Virus record (IMG/VR): IMGVR_UViG_3300020045_001438
Coordinates: 1-38,900 of that record
Source of the DNA: a virus
Lineage: Duplodnaviria; Caudoviricetes
Length of the DNA stretch: 38,900 bases
Direction: 5' to 3' (one strand)
In this document: in pieces, positions 18,115 through 26,211 of the stretch
Layout of the letters: the number at the start of each line of letters is the position of its first letter
Numbering within the stretch: position 1 is the stretch's first letter
Program-made: the position numbers and the translations under genes
The notes under the pieces: generated by a model
The model's input: only the letters and a program-made list of their open reading frames with translations
What the model was told of the DNA's origin: nothing
Databases searched by the model: none

Positions 18115-18806
18115 GTTTCTTTAGGGAACTCCCAAATGTCGTTGTCTTTTCTCCAAATCCAGAGCACTTGCCCATTCATTAGCATTTCTTCATCGTTGTC
18201 ATACATACCACGGACAATGTTAAACATGTCTATTTCTTCTGTGTAACAGTCCAAGACTGCTGCTGCCTTCTTGCCCGACCCAACGACCCCTTTGATGCCA
18301 TCTGTGCTGTCACCAAGGACAAGCTGACGATAAAAGTTGCGAATGCCTTCTTCAGGCGTAACATAAAAGCGTTTAGCTGGTGCAATTACTTCTCCCAACC
18401 GCCTCTGCTCCCAATGATAATGCCAGCCAGGAACCATAGATAGGTCTTTGTCAATAGAAACAATTGTCGAATTGTCTCCAAGCTGTGTTTGGCGAATGCC
18501 AAGCATGTCATCAGTTTCGCAACCATGGGCTTGTCCTGCACCCCATTGGTCAATGAGGAATTGTTTACAAGCTTTTTCATATTTAGGTCTGTACTTTCCT
18601 TTTCGGTTGGCCTTGTATTCCGGGAATATTGAATATCTGAAATTCCCATCACCTGATACATAAACTTCATAACTTGTTGCTTCTGTTAGTTTGAGAAGGT
18701 TTTCTACAAACTCATTGGTTCTAAACACAGCCACTTCTTCATTTTCATTCTCAGCAGTTGCTGCGCAGCGGAACGCTATAAGATCACCGTCGAGCAAGCT
18801 AATCAT
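18111..18806 (-). CDS. 5'-3' exonuclease (T7 gp6 / RNase H-like PIN family)
   Basis: 'LLDGDLIAF', 'NFRY..P.YKANR', 'ETDD', 'SIDKDL..VPG', 'GDSTDGIKG'. Confidence 0.9.
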   Translation of the reverse strand: MISLLDGDLIAFRCAATAENENEEVAVFRTNEFVENLLKLTEATSYEVYVSGDGNFRYSIFPEYKANRKGKYRPKYEKACKQFLIDQWGAGQAHGCETDDMLGIRQTQLGDNSTIVSIDKDLSMVPGWHYHWEQRRLGEVIAPAKRFYVTPEEGIRNFYRQLVLGDSTDGIKGVVGSGKKAAAVLDCYTEEIDMFNIVRGMYDNDEEMLMNGQVLWIWRKDNDIWEFPKET

Positions 18807-19162
18807 AGTTTCATTTCTTGGGTTTGCCCATCAAAGTCTGTGTAGAACACTTTAGCGATGCCAACGCTACGAATGAGTCGTAGACAATTATCACAGGGAC
18901 GAGCACAACTAATGACACCAGATTTAGTAAAACGAGTAACATAAAGGACGCTGCCAGCGAGATCCACCATTCTACCTTCTTTAAGAAGCCTGACGATTGC
19001 GGCAGCTTCTGCGTGAGAAGTTGCCTGTTTAGATATGCTTGAGTAGCGAATACTATTGAAGCCAGTTGAGAGAACACGATTGCCTTTCATAATAACAGCA
19101 CCAACACGATGTTTCATGAAGGTGCTTTTCATTGCTTGCTTTTCTGCAATACGGAAGCTCAT
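18803..19162 (-). CDS. Cytidine/dCMP deaminase family protein
   Basis: 'HRVGAVI', 'TGFN', 'HAEAAAI' and 'ARPCDNC' zinc-deaminase motifs. Confidence 0.85.
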   Translation of the reverse strand: MSFRIAEKQAMKSTFMKHRVGAVIMKGNRVLSTGFNSIRYSSISKQATSHAEAAAIVRLLKEGRMVDLAGSVLYVTRFTKSGVISCARPCDNCLRLIRSVGIAKVFYTDFDGQTQEMKL

Positions 19163-19422
19163 TAGTAATGATTTCTAACAACAGTTATTTTAACACCCCA
19201 ACCACCTGTAACCCTATACTTACGAACAGAGATTTTACAGTGGTGGCGAAAGGCCCAAATATATGCAGCCTTTCTAATTCTATGGAAGTCTTCTTCTGAA
19301 AGAGCTTCTGTTAAAACCCAATCACCAAGGCGTTTAAGGTGTTTAGAAAACTGGTATTTGTCAAAGGGAATTCCATTCTCAAAATTCCCTTTCCTTTTCC
19401 AAGTTTTAGTAGGGGACGTCAT
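19162..19422 (-). CDS. Small basic hypothetical protein
   Basis: Start reset to MTSPTK, which has AGAGG upstream. TAATG-coupled to the deaminase. Confidence 0.55.
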   Translation of the reverse strand: MTSPTKTWKRKGNFENGIPFDKYQFSKHLKRLGDWVLTEALSEEDFHRIRKAAYIWAFRHHCKISVRKYRVTGGWGVKITVVRNHY

Positions 19423-19921
19423 CCTCTTGTGCTGGTTCCTCAAACGTGTTGCCATATACAAAGTCTACAAACTCTTGTGCAATGGTAAGCACTTCTTCTA
19501 CCTGAGGCCGTTCACCGCCAGCCTTTGACGTAGAGGTGACAAGGCTAATGGCATTGGCTAGAGAGCTTTGACGAACAATGTGTAGCTGACGCAGCTTGCG
19601 TTCTTCAGCAGTTTCATATGTGCTGCCCAACACCTTACCGGGGGTAGCAGCCTTTGGGCTAGCTTCTGGAGCAGAGGCACCAACAACCTCAACCTTAGCC
19701 CAGTTGTAATACTTGTCACCATCAGCGTAGGACACCTCAACTTCAGTGCCGGGGCCTAGCTTCTTGACAACACCGAACACAGCAGGATTGGAGAAAGACA
19801 TAACCTTCTTTTCCTTGTTTTCACCTGTACGGGTGGTGTAAACTACATTAGCCACCTCATAGCTGGAACGACCCTTGGTGACGGTTTCTACTTCTACTTG
19901 TTGGATTTTAAATACTGGCAT
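19406..19921 (-). CDS. Probable single-stranded DNA-binding protein
   Basis: OB-like beta N-terminus, low-complexity linker and acidic tail ending in an aromatic residue (EEPAQEDDVPY). Directly follows the polymerase. Confidence 0.65.
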   Translation of the reverse strand: MPVFKIQQVEVETVTKGRSSYEVANVVYTTRTGENKEKKVMSFSNPAVFGVVKKLGPGTEVEVSYADGDKYYNWAKVEVVGASAPEASPKAATPGKVLGSTYETAEERKLRQLHIVRQSSLANAISLVTSTSKAGGERPQVEEVLTIAQEFVDFVYGNTFEEPAQEDDVPY

Positions 19922-19929
19922 TTGTTTCC

Positions 19930-20209
19930 TTAAACGATTTCTGTCATGTCATTACAATTTGGACCACCTTGAATTTCACATGTAAGAGGCAAGCTAAACT
20001 TATACCCCCAATGTTTGAATGCAAGTTGTGGAACCTTCTCAATACTCTCTTTAAGCATAGAAGCAATAGTATACTTGTTTTTCTCTGGCGTGTCAACCTT
20101 AAGGCTGTCATGCACAGTGCCGATAAACAACGCTTCTAGCTGGCTGTCTTGTAACAGCCGCATAAACTCAATTCTAGCTAGCATAACCAAGTCAGCTCCC
20201 CATCCTTGT
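19930..20209 (-). CDS. DNA polymerase (family A) palm subunit, 3' exon
   Basis: Reads (A) CAA GGA TGG GGA GCT GAC = QGWGADLVMLARI, then motif C 'TVHDS'. Joins upstream 'KNYP-I' after intron removal. Confidence 0.9.
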
Positions 20210-20264
20210 CAGTTGTGTTACGAGTATGTCGCTTCCACATACTCTCTATATGTCGCCATATAGC

Positions 20265-20855
20265 TCAGACTATATCACCACCCAGCTTCACTAAAAACTG
20301 ATTGTGCTGGGTGTCCTGCGCTTCGGGAACGCTGTTCCCTACTCCCTTTCGGGATAGTCGTTGCACTTTATTTAACCACGCATGAATGCGTCTATGATCT
20401 GGAATTGAAAGCATAATAAGATTTCTAGGATCATTGTTCTGTTTGTTTTCATCCAAATGATGAACAACCATTCCAATAGGAATCTCTGTCAATCCATTAT
20501 GCTCACAGTAAACAATAATATGCTCATATGTTTTATTATTGTCTTTTCTTCCAGTGTACCACTCTGGCACAAATACTTCTAAGTATCCTGAAGAATGTAC
20601 AGATTTTTCAACTGCTCTATGGTGTCCCATACCAGATTTGCCGCTCATAGGATTCTTATTTCCTATTTTATGAAGGCGGCAAAGCCTGGAAGTCCTAGCT
20701 CTAAACTGAGCCTCATTATACTCAGTGAGCCAAATCTTTTTGATTGTTGAGTGGTCTCTTTTGTATTTATCCATAATTGCTTGCACTCCTAAATCAGAGT
20801 GAAACAACTGAATAATTTCATAGTGTTCGGTTTCTGATACTGGTTTAAATTTCAT
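20265..20855 (-). CDS. Intron-encoded HNH homing endonuclease
   Basis: 'GNKNPMSGK', 'SGYLEV', 'YEHIIV...VVHHLDENKQNNDPRNL..L...DHRRIH'. Start reset to the ATG after AAGGA, downstream of the internal promoter. Confidence 0.85.
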   Translation of the reverse strand: MKFKPVSETEHYEIIQLFHSDLGVQAIMDKYKRDHSTIKKIWLTEYNEAQFRARTSRLCRLHKIGNKNPMSGKSGMGHHRAVEKSVHSSGYLEVFVPEWYTGRKDNNKTYEHIIVYCEHNGLTEIPIGMVVHHLDENKQNNDPRNLIMLSIPDHRRIHAWLNKVQRLSRKGVGNSVPEAQDTQHNQFLVKLGGDIV

Positions 20856-20882
20856 GATAGGTTCCTTTTGTAAAGTTACACT

Positions 20883-20911
20883 ATTATACCAGATCAACAA
20901 ACGTTTGTCAA
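20883..20911 (-). promoter_or_regulatory. Consensus sigma70-type promoter inside the polymerase intron
   Basis: TTGACA-17 nt-TATAAT, with TG at the extended -10 position (TTGACAAACGTTTGTTGATCTGGTATAAT). Confidence 0.85.
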
Positions 20912-21004
20912 GTTAAATCTTAGCTCAGGATTAACTTTCTCAAGTCTTCCCCTGAATTCACAGGATTATTCGATCAGGATTACTCCTGAAAGCCACTATA
21001 TTTA

Positions 21005-21436
21005 ATGGGATAGTTTTTAATGGTTGTCTCAGGCCACCCACTCCCATACTTGTTTTTAATGGGAGAAAATGTATAGAACCTACCACTAGGAATCTCTAGC
21101 TCACCTGTACGCATCACCTGTCTAATGTCTCGTGTATGTCCGTCCTTAATACCCTTATACTTCTTGAAATAGGCATCTAATACGTCTTGCCAATATTTCT
21201 CAGAAGTTGATACAGGCATAAAGTCTGGATCATGTGCGAAACTATATGCTCCTCCTCCATAAATTGTCCTGAATTTGAGGACTTTTGCTACAAGGCGTGT
21301 TGGTAAGTTGAAGGCCAGTTGGTTATTCAGGTGAATGTTCGCACCAGAAGCCACCTCTTCCATCAACACCTTGTCTTTGTAATACTCAGCAGCACAGACA
21401 ATTTCAAGGCCCTTAAACGTCAGCATTAATTATCAT
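21005..21436 (-). CDS. DNA polymerase (family A) palm subunit, 5' exon, with a +1 frame break at 21415-21417
   Basis: ATG 21436 (ATGA-coupled, AAGGAG upstream) reads MIINADV*. The +1 frame continues KGLEIVCAAE...motif B 'RLVAKVLKFRTIYGG'...KNYP. Together they form motif A, MIINADVKGLE. Confidence 0.8.
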
Positions 21437-21648
21437 GCTGTTTGGGACTCCTTCTCTGGAAACAACGATTCCAGTTCTTTTGGTGGATTCCCACCTTCTG
21501 TTCCATCACAGAAAGTACACATATTGTTAATAATAGATTTATCAAACCCTACTGAACCACATGATTTGCACTTTTTACAATCTGCTCTAAAACACGAGTC
21601 AGAATAATAATAGCAACCTTTAAAACAACCATCGGCGTTAATACTCAT
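21433..21648 (-). CDS. Small Cys-rich (putative Zn-binding) protein between the two polymerase genes
   Basis: 71 aa with several Cys including CKKCKSC and CTFC. Overlaps both polymerase genes. Confidence 0.6.
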   Translation of the reverse strand: MSINADGCFKGCYYYSDSCFRADCKKCKSCGSVGFDKSIINNMCTFCDGTEGGNPPKELESLFPEKESQTA

Positions 21649-22831
21649 ATCTGCTTATCATCAATGTGTTTAGTTCTGGTGGTGTGTTCTGCATGTTAGG
21701 TTCTTTGCTAGAGAGTCTACCTGTACGAGCCACCGTTTGGTTGTACTGTCCATGAACAATGTTGTTCTCCCACCCATACTTGTTAAAGAGCTTCTCAACC
21801 TGTTCAAGCATTTCCAACACCTTACCCTTCTTGGCTACACTGTCTAACACCTCTAGGAGGCGTTTGGAGGCCTTAGAGCGTGTGGTAAGTTGCTTCAGGG
21901 TGGGGTCATCCACCTGATAGAAGATGGTGCCCTTGTAGCCCTCTTCCTTGCATTTCTTGACAGTGGTGTTCTTAATGGGCTTAAATAGGGGAGGGAACAC
22001 AACTTCTTCTTCATGCCAAGAACCCTTTAGATATTCCTGACCTTTCTTATCACCACTCTTGTACACAGCTTGTTCTTCTGTGCGCCACTCGAATGTGATC
22101 GACCCTCCATATAACAGAGCAGACAGGTGATCGCCGGAGTCCCAGTTGAATCTACAATGCTCACCCATTGGAGGCAGGTAGGCGGCTAACTCTTCCTTAG
22201 CTTCCTTGAGGAAGGCAGAATACTTAGCCATTTCAGCATAAGCTTGTTCACGATTATAGAGGATGCCATTACGTTCACACTCGATAAGTGTAAGCATATC
22301 TGTACCCATATCAAACACAAGGTTTTTCTGCTTCTCGGACAGAGCTTGCATTTGCATGAACATAAGCTGTTCTGTCAGTTCCACATCACCAATGTTATAT
22401 TCTTCTAAGATTGTCAGGGGAATGTCACAGGTGTCAAACCCCTGCTCCCAAAACTGTGCAACCTTGTCATCCTTAACAGGAAGGCCAAAGAACAGGAGAC
22501 ATTCGTTTAGGGAAGCGTAGGGTTCTGTTTGCCCTGAAAGAATGAAGTTAGCAATTTGGCAATCCCAAATCTTGATTCCTCTAGGAAGAACAATGTCGCA
22601 ATTGCGTAGGTGGTGCAAATCAAACTTGAGATTAAATCCATTAATTACTTTCGCTTGTTGTACATATTCACGAAGGCGTGAAAGAAAGCCAGGATGGCTG
22701 TGATGATAGAATTCTGTGTTTTGGTTGGTGTTCTTTGCAGCATATGTTACAGGCTTATTACCGGGTGTAAAGGGATGGCCCCTGTTTTTGGTTGGTGTTT
22801 CAAAGTCTAGGGTGGTGGCTTCAATAGACAT
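21638..22831 (-). CDS. DNA polymerase (family A) N-terminal subunit: 3'-5' exonuclease plus thumb
   Basis: ExoI 'TLDFET', ExoII 'GFNLKFDL', ExoIII 'EYNIGDV', and 'TVARTGRLSSKEPNMQN' near the C-terminus. Stops just before motif A. Confidence 0.9.
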   Translation of the reverse strand: MSIEATTLDFETPTKNRGHPFTPGNKPVTYAAKNTNQNTEFYHHSHPGFLSRLREYVQQAKVINGFNLKFDLHHLRNCDIVLPRGIKIWDCQIANFILSGQTEPYASLNECLLFFGLPVKDDKVAQFWEQGFDTCDIPLTILEEYNIGDVELTEQLMFMQMQALSEKQKNLVFDMGTDMLTLIECERNGILYNREQAYAEMAKYSAFLKEAKEELAAYLPPMGEHCRFNWDSGDHLSALLYGGSITFEWRTEEQAVYKSGDKKGQEYLKGSWHEEEVVFPPLFKPIKNTTVKKCKEEGYKGTIFYQVDDPTLKQLTTRSKASKRLLEVLDSVAKKGKVLEMLEQVEKLFNKYGWENNIVHGQYNQTVARTGRLSSKEPNMQNTPPELNTLMISRYEY

Positions 22832-22970
22832 ACGCCTCTCTAATTTCTAGTCCACTGGTATAAATACTAGCATTATCATATACAGCTTCAGCATCTATCC
22901 ATGTTTTATAGTAGTAGTGGGGTGTAAATGCCCCGTCTTCACCTACTCTACCAAGAATGTAAATGGTCAT
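22821..22970 (-). CDS. Small hypothetical protein (49 aa, not in the ORF track)
   Basis: ATGA-coupled to the upstream stop. Reads MTIYILGRVGEDG...EIREAYVY* and overlaps the polymerase start. Confidence 0.55.
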   Translation of the reverse strand: MTIYILGRVGEDGAFTPHYYYKTWIDAEAVYDNASIYTSGLEIREAYVY

Positions 22971-23191
22971 TTAGTTTCTTTTGCTCTGAGAATTGCGAAT
23001 CGGGCTGGTTGTGTGGTGAAGCTGTCCGGCGTATATTCATTAGTCCTAATGGAGTCAACTACGTCTGCAAGTTCTTCCAACGTGGCGACTAGCTCATTTA
23101 CAATTTCTACATGGGTGTCATACAAAACATAATCTCCATTTGATCGAGTATCGAAACCATCCCATGTCTCTCCATATCTAGTAATGGTCAT
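22967..23191 (-). CDS. Hypothetical protein
   Basis: 74 aa, ATGA-coupled, with 'ITRY...NGDYVLYD.H'. Confidence 0.65.
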   Translation of the reverse strand: MTITRYGETWDGFDTRSNGDYVLYDTHVEIVNELVATLEELADVVDSIRTNEYTPDSFTTQPARFAILRAKETK

Positions 23192-23442
23192 TCAATTACT
23201 TTCTCTAGTTTGAGTATTGACATACTCAATTGTCTATTTTCATAGGCCCAAATATCTTGATTGGGTTGTCGTTCAAAGAAAACTTTAATATCCTTTAGAG
23301 CAGCAATGATGGGCTCAATTTCATCAATTAATTCACTAAGCTTTACAAGATCACCAAACACATGTTCTCTAATATCTACATACTGTGTGTCACCATAACC
23401 ACCATCAGTCCACTCTAATACAGCTTCATATTTCTTAATCAT
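23188..23442 (-). CDS. Hypothetical protein
   Basis: 84 aa, overlaps the helicase stop. Confidence 0.6.
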   Translation of the reverse strand: MIKKYEAVLEWTDGGYGDTQYVDIREHVFGDLVKLSELIDEIEPIIAALKDIKVFFERQPNQDIWAYENRQLSMSILKLEKVIE

Positions 23443-24032
23443 AGCCTACCACATCCTCATATCTAGCAATTGCAGGGTTAATCAGCACTTCAAACTTACC
23501 ATGTTTATATTTGGGGTTGGAATCAACATCACCAAACAGTTTGTTCTTAGAGACATTCAAATAGCGTACATCAGCAGTGGTGTCATCATGTGTCTTACCA
23601 ATGCCTAAGATGAAATCGGCTTCAGCTTGTACAGCAGTTTTAGCATTAGCTACATGGTCCATATAGAGCCACTTAACACCCTCTGCTGTACCATCTGCCT
23701 GAGACACGCCAATGGCCGCATGGCGGCGTTTAGCCAGCTCTCTAGCCCATTGGAAGGTGTCACCTAGCTGAAGGTCTTTTCTATCGTTCTGGAAGCCTTT
23801 AATCTTAGTAAGTTGGTCATACACCACAAGACTAGGATTCTCACTGTCTACAAGGCTCTCAACATCCCTGCGGTGAATGTTTCCATCGTCATACATCTGA
23901 AGCATTCCTCGTGTCTTGTGACGGAACACTTCTTCATACTTACCACGGTTGGAATCAAGCTGGTCAATTGTGATACCAAAGTAAGCTTGGTATACACGAA
24001 TCATCACTTTATCACCATCCTCTTCGTTGTTA
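23435..24032 (-). CDS. DnaB/T7 gp4-type replicative helicase, 3' exon
   Basis: Reads (T) AAC AAC GAA GAG = NNEEDGDKVMIR, followed by Walker B 'LVVYDQL', 'GVSQA', 'EADFILGIG' and 'VSKNKL'. Confidence 0.9.
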
Positions 24033-24745
24033 CTTTTTGTTCAGGTGGTTTCGTTAATCTCACCCCGGATATTTAATCCAGCTATATGTTACCATATAGA
24101 ACAGACTATCTCATCACACTTCTTGTGTGTCGCGCGCTTCCAGCCACTTGGCTGTACAATTAGTCGTTACACCTTCACACATAATCATAAAGAATGCCTT
24201 TAGAAATTTTCCAGACTGTAACGTGTTTGACCCCAAACAAATTAGCAATTTCTGTAAACGTTATAGCACCTTGGTTAATAAGATGTTTAATCTCTTTAAC
24301 CTGATCTATAGTAAGCCTGTTTTTAAACAATCCAGTTAAATGAGCATGTCTAGTATTCTCAGACTTAGTGACCCACTGTAGATTATTGAGATGGTTGTTG
24401 CCTTTGTTACCATCAATGTGGTTCACATCCAAATTACTCTGTGCGTTGTCATCATGTGTGCTTAACACAAGGCGATGCACTAGACAAAGCCTACCTTTTG
24501 GAGTATTACTATTGTAGAGTTTAACAGTAAAATATCCTTTACCATTATTAATCCACTTTATATTGTTTCCAGTGGTTTTATTACGAATAATTCCAGACGT
24601 GCTGACTTCGTAATTTGGATAATGCTCAATTGTTTTAAACATAAAACTTACTCCTATATGGTGGTAGGGATTATTTGTACTTGGCTCGGTATTGTCCTAT
24701 AAGGAGTTTCACCGAATTCACGCGATTTAAACTGGTCTAAAATTA
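24033..24745 (-). ncRNA. Group I self-splicing intron (713 nt) in the helicase gene
   Basis: P1 UGGUU|UAAUUUUAGACCA with a U.G pair at the splice site. Core GAAUUCGGUGAAAC..AAUACCGAGCCAAG, P3 UCGCGUG/CGCGCGA, P7 GACUA/AUAGUC and terminal G (AAAAAG|UAAC). Splicing restores WFNNEE and a 412-aa open frame. Confidence 0.93.
24175..24642 (-). CDS. Intron-encoded NUMOD4-like HNH homing endonuclease with C-terminal HTH
   Basis: 'YPNYEVSTSG.IRN', 'VHRLV...VNHIDGNKGNNHLNNLQWVT.SEN..HA', 'FTEIANLFGV'. RBS AGGAG. Confidence 0.88.
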   Translation of the reverse strand: MFKTIEHYPNYEVSTSGIIRNKTTGNNIKWINNGKGYFTVKLYNSNTPKGRLCLVHRLVLSTHDDNAQSNLDVNHIDGNKGNNHLNNLQWVTKSENTRHAHLTGLFKNRLTIDQVKEIKHLINQGAITFTEIANLFGVKHVTVWKISKGILYDYV

Positions 24746-25386
24746 AACCAAAGGATAGGACGTTGTGCTTGTGTAAGGAAGAAAGCAATTTCAGAGGCTA
24801 GGAAGGTGGTTTTACCTGTCTCTGGTCTAGCGAAGATGAAACCAAAATCACCCTCACGTAAACTGCCTAAGCTGGTGTTTAGGGCCTGCAATCTCCAGCG
24901 TAGCCCCTGTTCCTTATATGCAGCATCGAGAAGCTCTCCAAGGCTGTCAGAGACACGCCTAAGGGATGATAGAGCTTTCTTTTCCTTAAAGGAATACCAC
25001 TCATCAATCTTACTAGCATCGCCCTTACCAGAGGCAACAGCAAACGCTAGCTCAGAGAGTTCCATGGTGCGCTTTCGTAGAAGCATTTCCTCTAGCACCT
25101 GCTCTACTACAGCAGCATTAGTGTTGTCCTCATACAACCTATCAAATAGAGCATTGTAAGGAGTTTTATCTACATCAGGATAAACCTTATAGAAGAACAG
25201 TTGTAAATCAGATAGAGAGAAATCTCCTTCAGTAGAAGTATGTAATTTATTTAGAGTTTCATATAAATATCCTAGTTCAGGATAGGTATTTTTAATACTC
25301 TTAATATCTACTACTTTAATATATTTATTATATGTGTATTTATTTAATAGAAGTTTAATAAGAGATAGTTCAGGTATAAACATCAC
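24746..25386 (-). CDS. DnaB/T7 gp4-type replicative helicase, 5' exon
   Basis: 'LN.SLGSLREGDFGFIFARPETGKTTF' (Walker A). Ends RPILWF at the intron boundary. Confidence 0.9.
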
Positions 25387-25398
25387 TTCCTTTCTTTC

Positions 25399-25659
25399 TT
25401 AAGCATTATTGTACCAATGCTGCTTATCCTTGTCAAGAGGTAGTTGACCTTTTTGGTCAGGTGTTAGCACTCCATCGTTGCGACAGTACAACAAACGTCC
25501 TGTTGGTTCGTCAATGATGTGGCCTTCACCAACATTGTAACAGGCATCAAACAGGAAATCAATGCCCTTGACAAACCCTGCTTTCTGTGATTGAGAGTAG
25601 GTAAACAAGTTGGTGCCAACCAACATTAAAATTACCCCTAGATATTTAAGGTAGTTCAT
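25399..25659 (-). CDS. Hypothetical protein with N-terminal hydrophobic/signal segment
   Basis: Start reset to MNYLKYLGVILMLVG, with GGAGG upstream. Confidence 0.6.
   Translation of the reverse strand: MNYLKYLGVILMLVGTNLFTYSQSQKAGFVKGIDFLFDACYNVGEGHIIDEPTGRLLYCRNDGVLTPDQKGQLPLDKDKQHWYNNA
25408..25436 (-). promoter_or_regulatory. Sigma70-type promoter upstream of the helicase
   Basis: TTGACA-17 nt-TACAAT with extended -10 TG (TTGACAAGGATAAGCAGCATTGGTACAAT). Confidence 0.8.
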
Positions 25660-25840
25660 TATGAACCAGCCTCCAAAAACCTCCGAAGTATTCTGCAATT
25701 TGATAGTAAAATTGCAACCAAACGACCCCATCATAAATGTCTCCGTTTGGCTCTACTTTTTTAATTCTAACTGGAAGAAAAGCGAACTTTCGTTCTTTTC
25801 TTATGTCCCAAGTTTTGGGGCGTTTTGTAAGTTTTATCAT
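25646..25840 (-). CDS. Hypothetical protein
   Basis: Start reset to MIKLTK (ATGA-coupled). Contains 'KFAFLPVRI...VVWLQFY'. Confidence 0.6.
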   Translation of the reverse strand: MIKLTKRPKTWDIRKERKFAFLPVRIKKVEPNGDIYDGVVWLQFYYQIAEYFGGFWRLVHNELP

Positions 25841-26211
25841 GGCTGCGCCCCCTTCCCAATGGCAGCGGCAGCGCAAACAATCGCGCGTCGGGTTGCTGCC
25901 AGCGGGTCGCCGTTGTGCTTGCAAGATTCCTCTATGCCGCCCGGAGCCATTGCCAAGGAAATTTTGTCAAGGGCCATCGGATGCGGAGCAACCCCTACAC
26001 ACATCTCCAACTTCACAGACAGCCGGAATGCCTCTCCATCGTCCTCCAATGGATCCCAGTACGACGGAGCCTCATCAGGGCTGTTGCTTGTGGCGTATGG
26101 AATCTCCACAGAATCCGTCACACCTTCTTCGATGGTGAAGCTGGTGGTTTCCCATTCCAGCCCCAGCCCCGCAGCTTTTGCCGCCAGTTCCAAAAGTTCT
26201 TTATCAGTCAT
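25837..26211 (-). CDS. Conserved phage hypothetical protein (GC-rich gene)
   Basis: 'MTDKELLELAAKAAG...WDPLEDDGEAFRL...ATRRAIV.AAA.IG', a pattern I recognise from proteobacterial phages. Confidence 0.75.
   Translation of the reverse strand: MTDKELLELAAKAAGLGLEWETTSFTIEEGVTDSVEIPYATSNSPDEAPSYWDPLEDDGEAFRLSVKLEMCVGVAPHPMALDKISLAMAPGGIEESCKHNGDPLAATRRAIVCAAAAIGKGAQP

Larger units (their letters stand above)
20210..21004 (-). ncRNA. Group I self-splicing intron (795 nt) in the DNA polymerase gene
   Basis: The 5' exon ends in U (CCCAU|UAAAUAUAGUGG, P1 with a U.G pair) and the intron ends in G (ACAACUG|ACAAGG). Core elements GAAUUCAGGGGAA..AAUCCUGAGC, CAACGACUA, GAUAUAGUC and two P9 hairpins are present. 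Splicing restores NYPIQG.GAD. Confidence 0.93.

Noticed and set aside
20980-21426. ORF-track protein MLTFKGLE...KYSGFQE as a complete polymerase subunit
   Set aside because: It lacks the motif A Asp at its start, and its last residues are intron sequence.
21433-21648. Intervening region as an intron, intein or ribosomal bypass joining the two polymerase genes
   Set aside because: No group I/II core or intein motifs. It is an open frame with normal coupled start and stop overlaps, and the palm gene has its own RBS.
24727-25386. Helicase as two independent genes or a pseudogene
   Set aside because: A complete group I intron with frame-restoring junctions explains the break.
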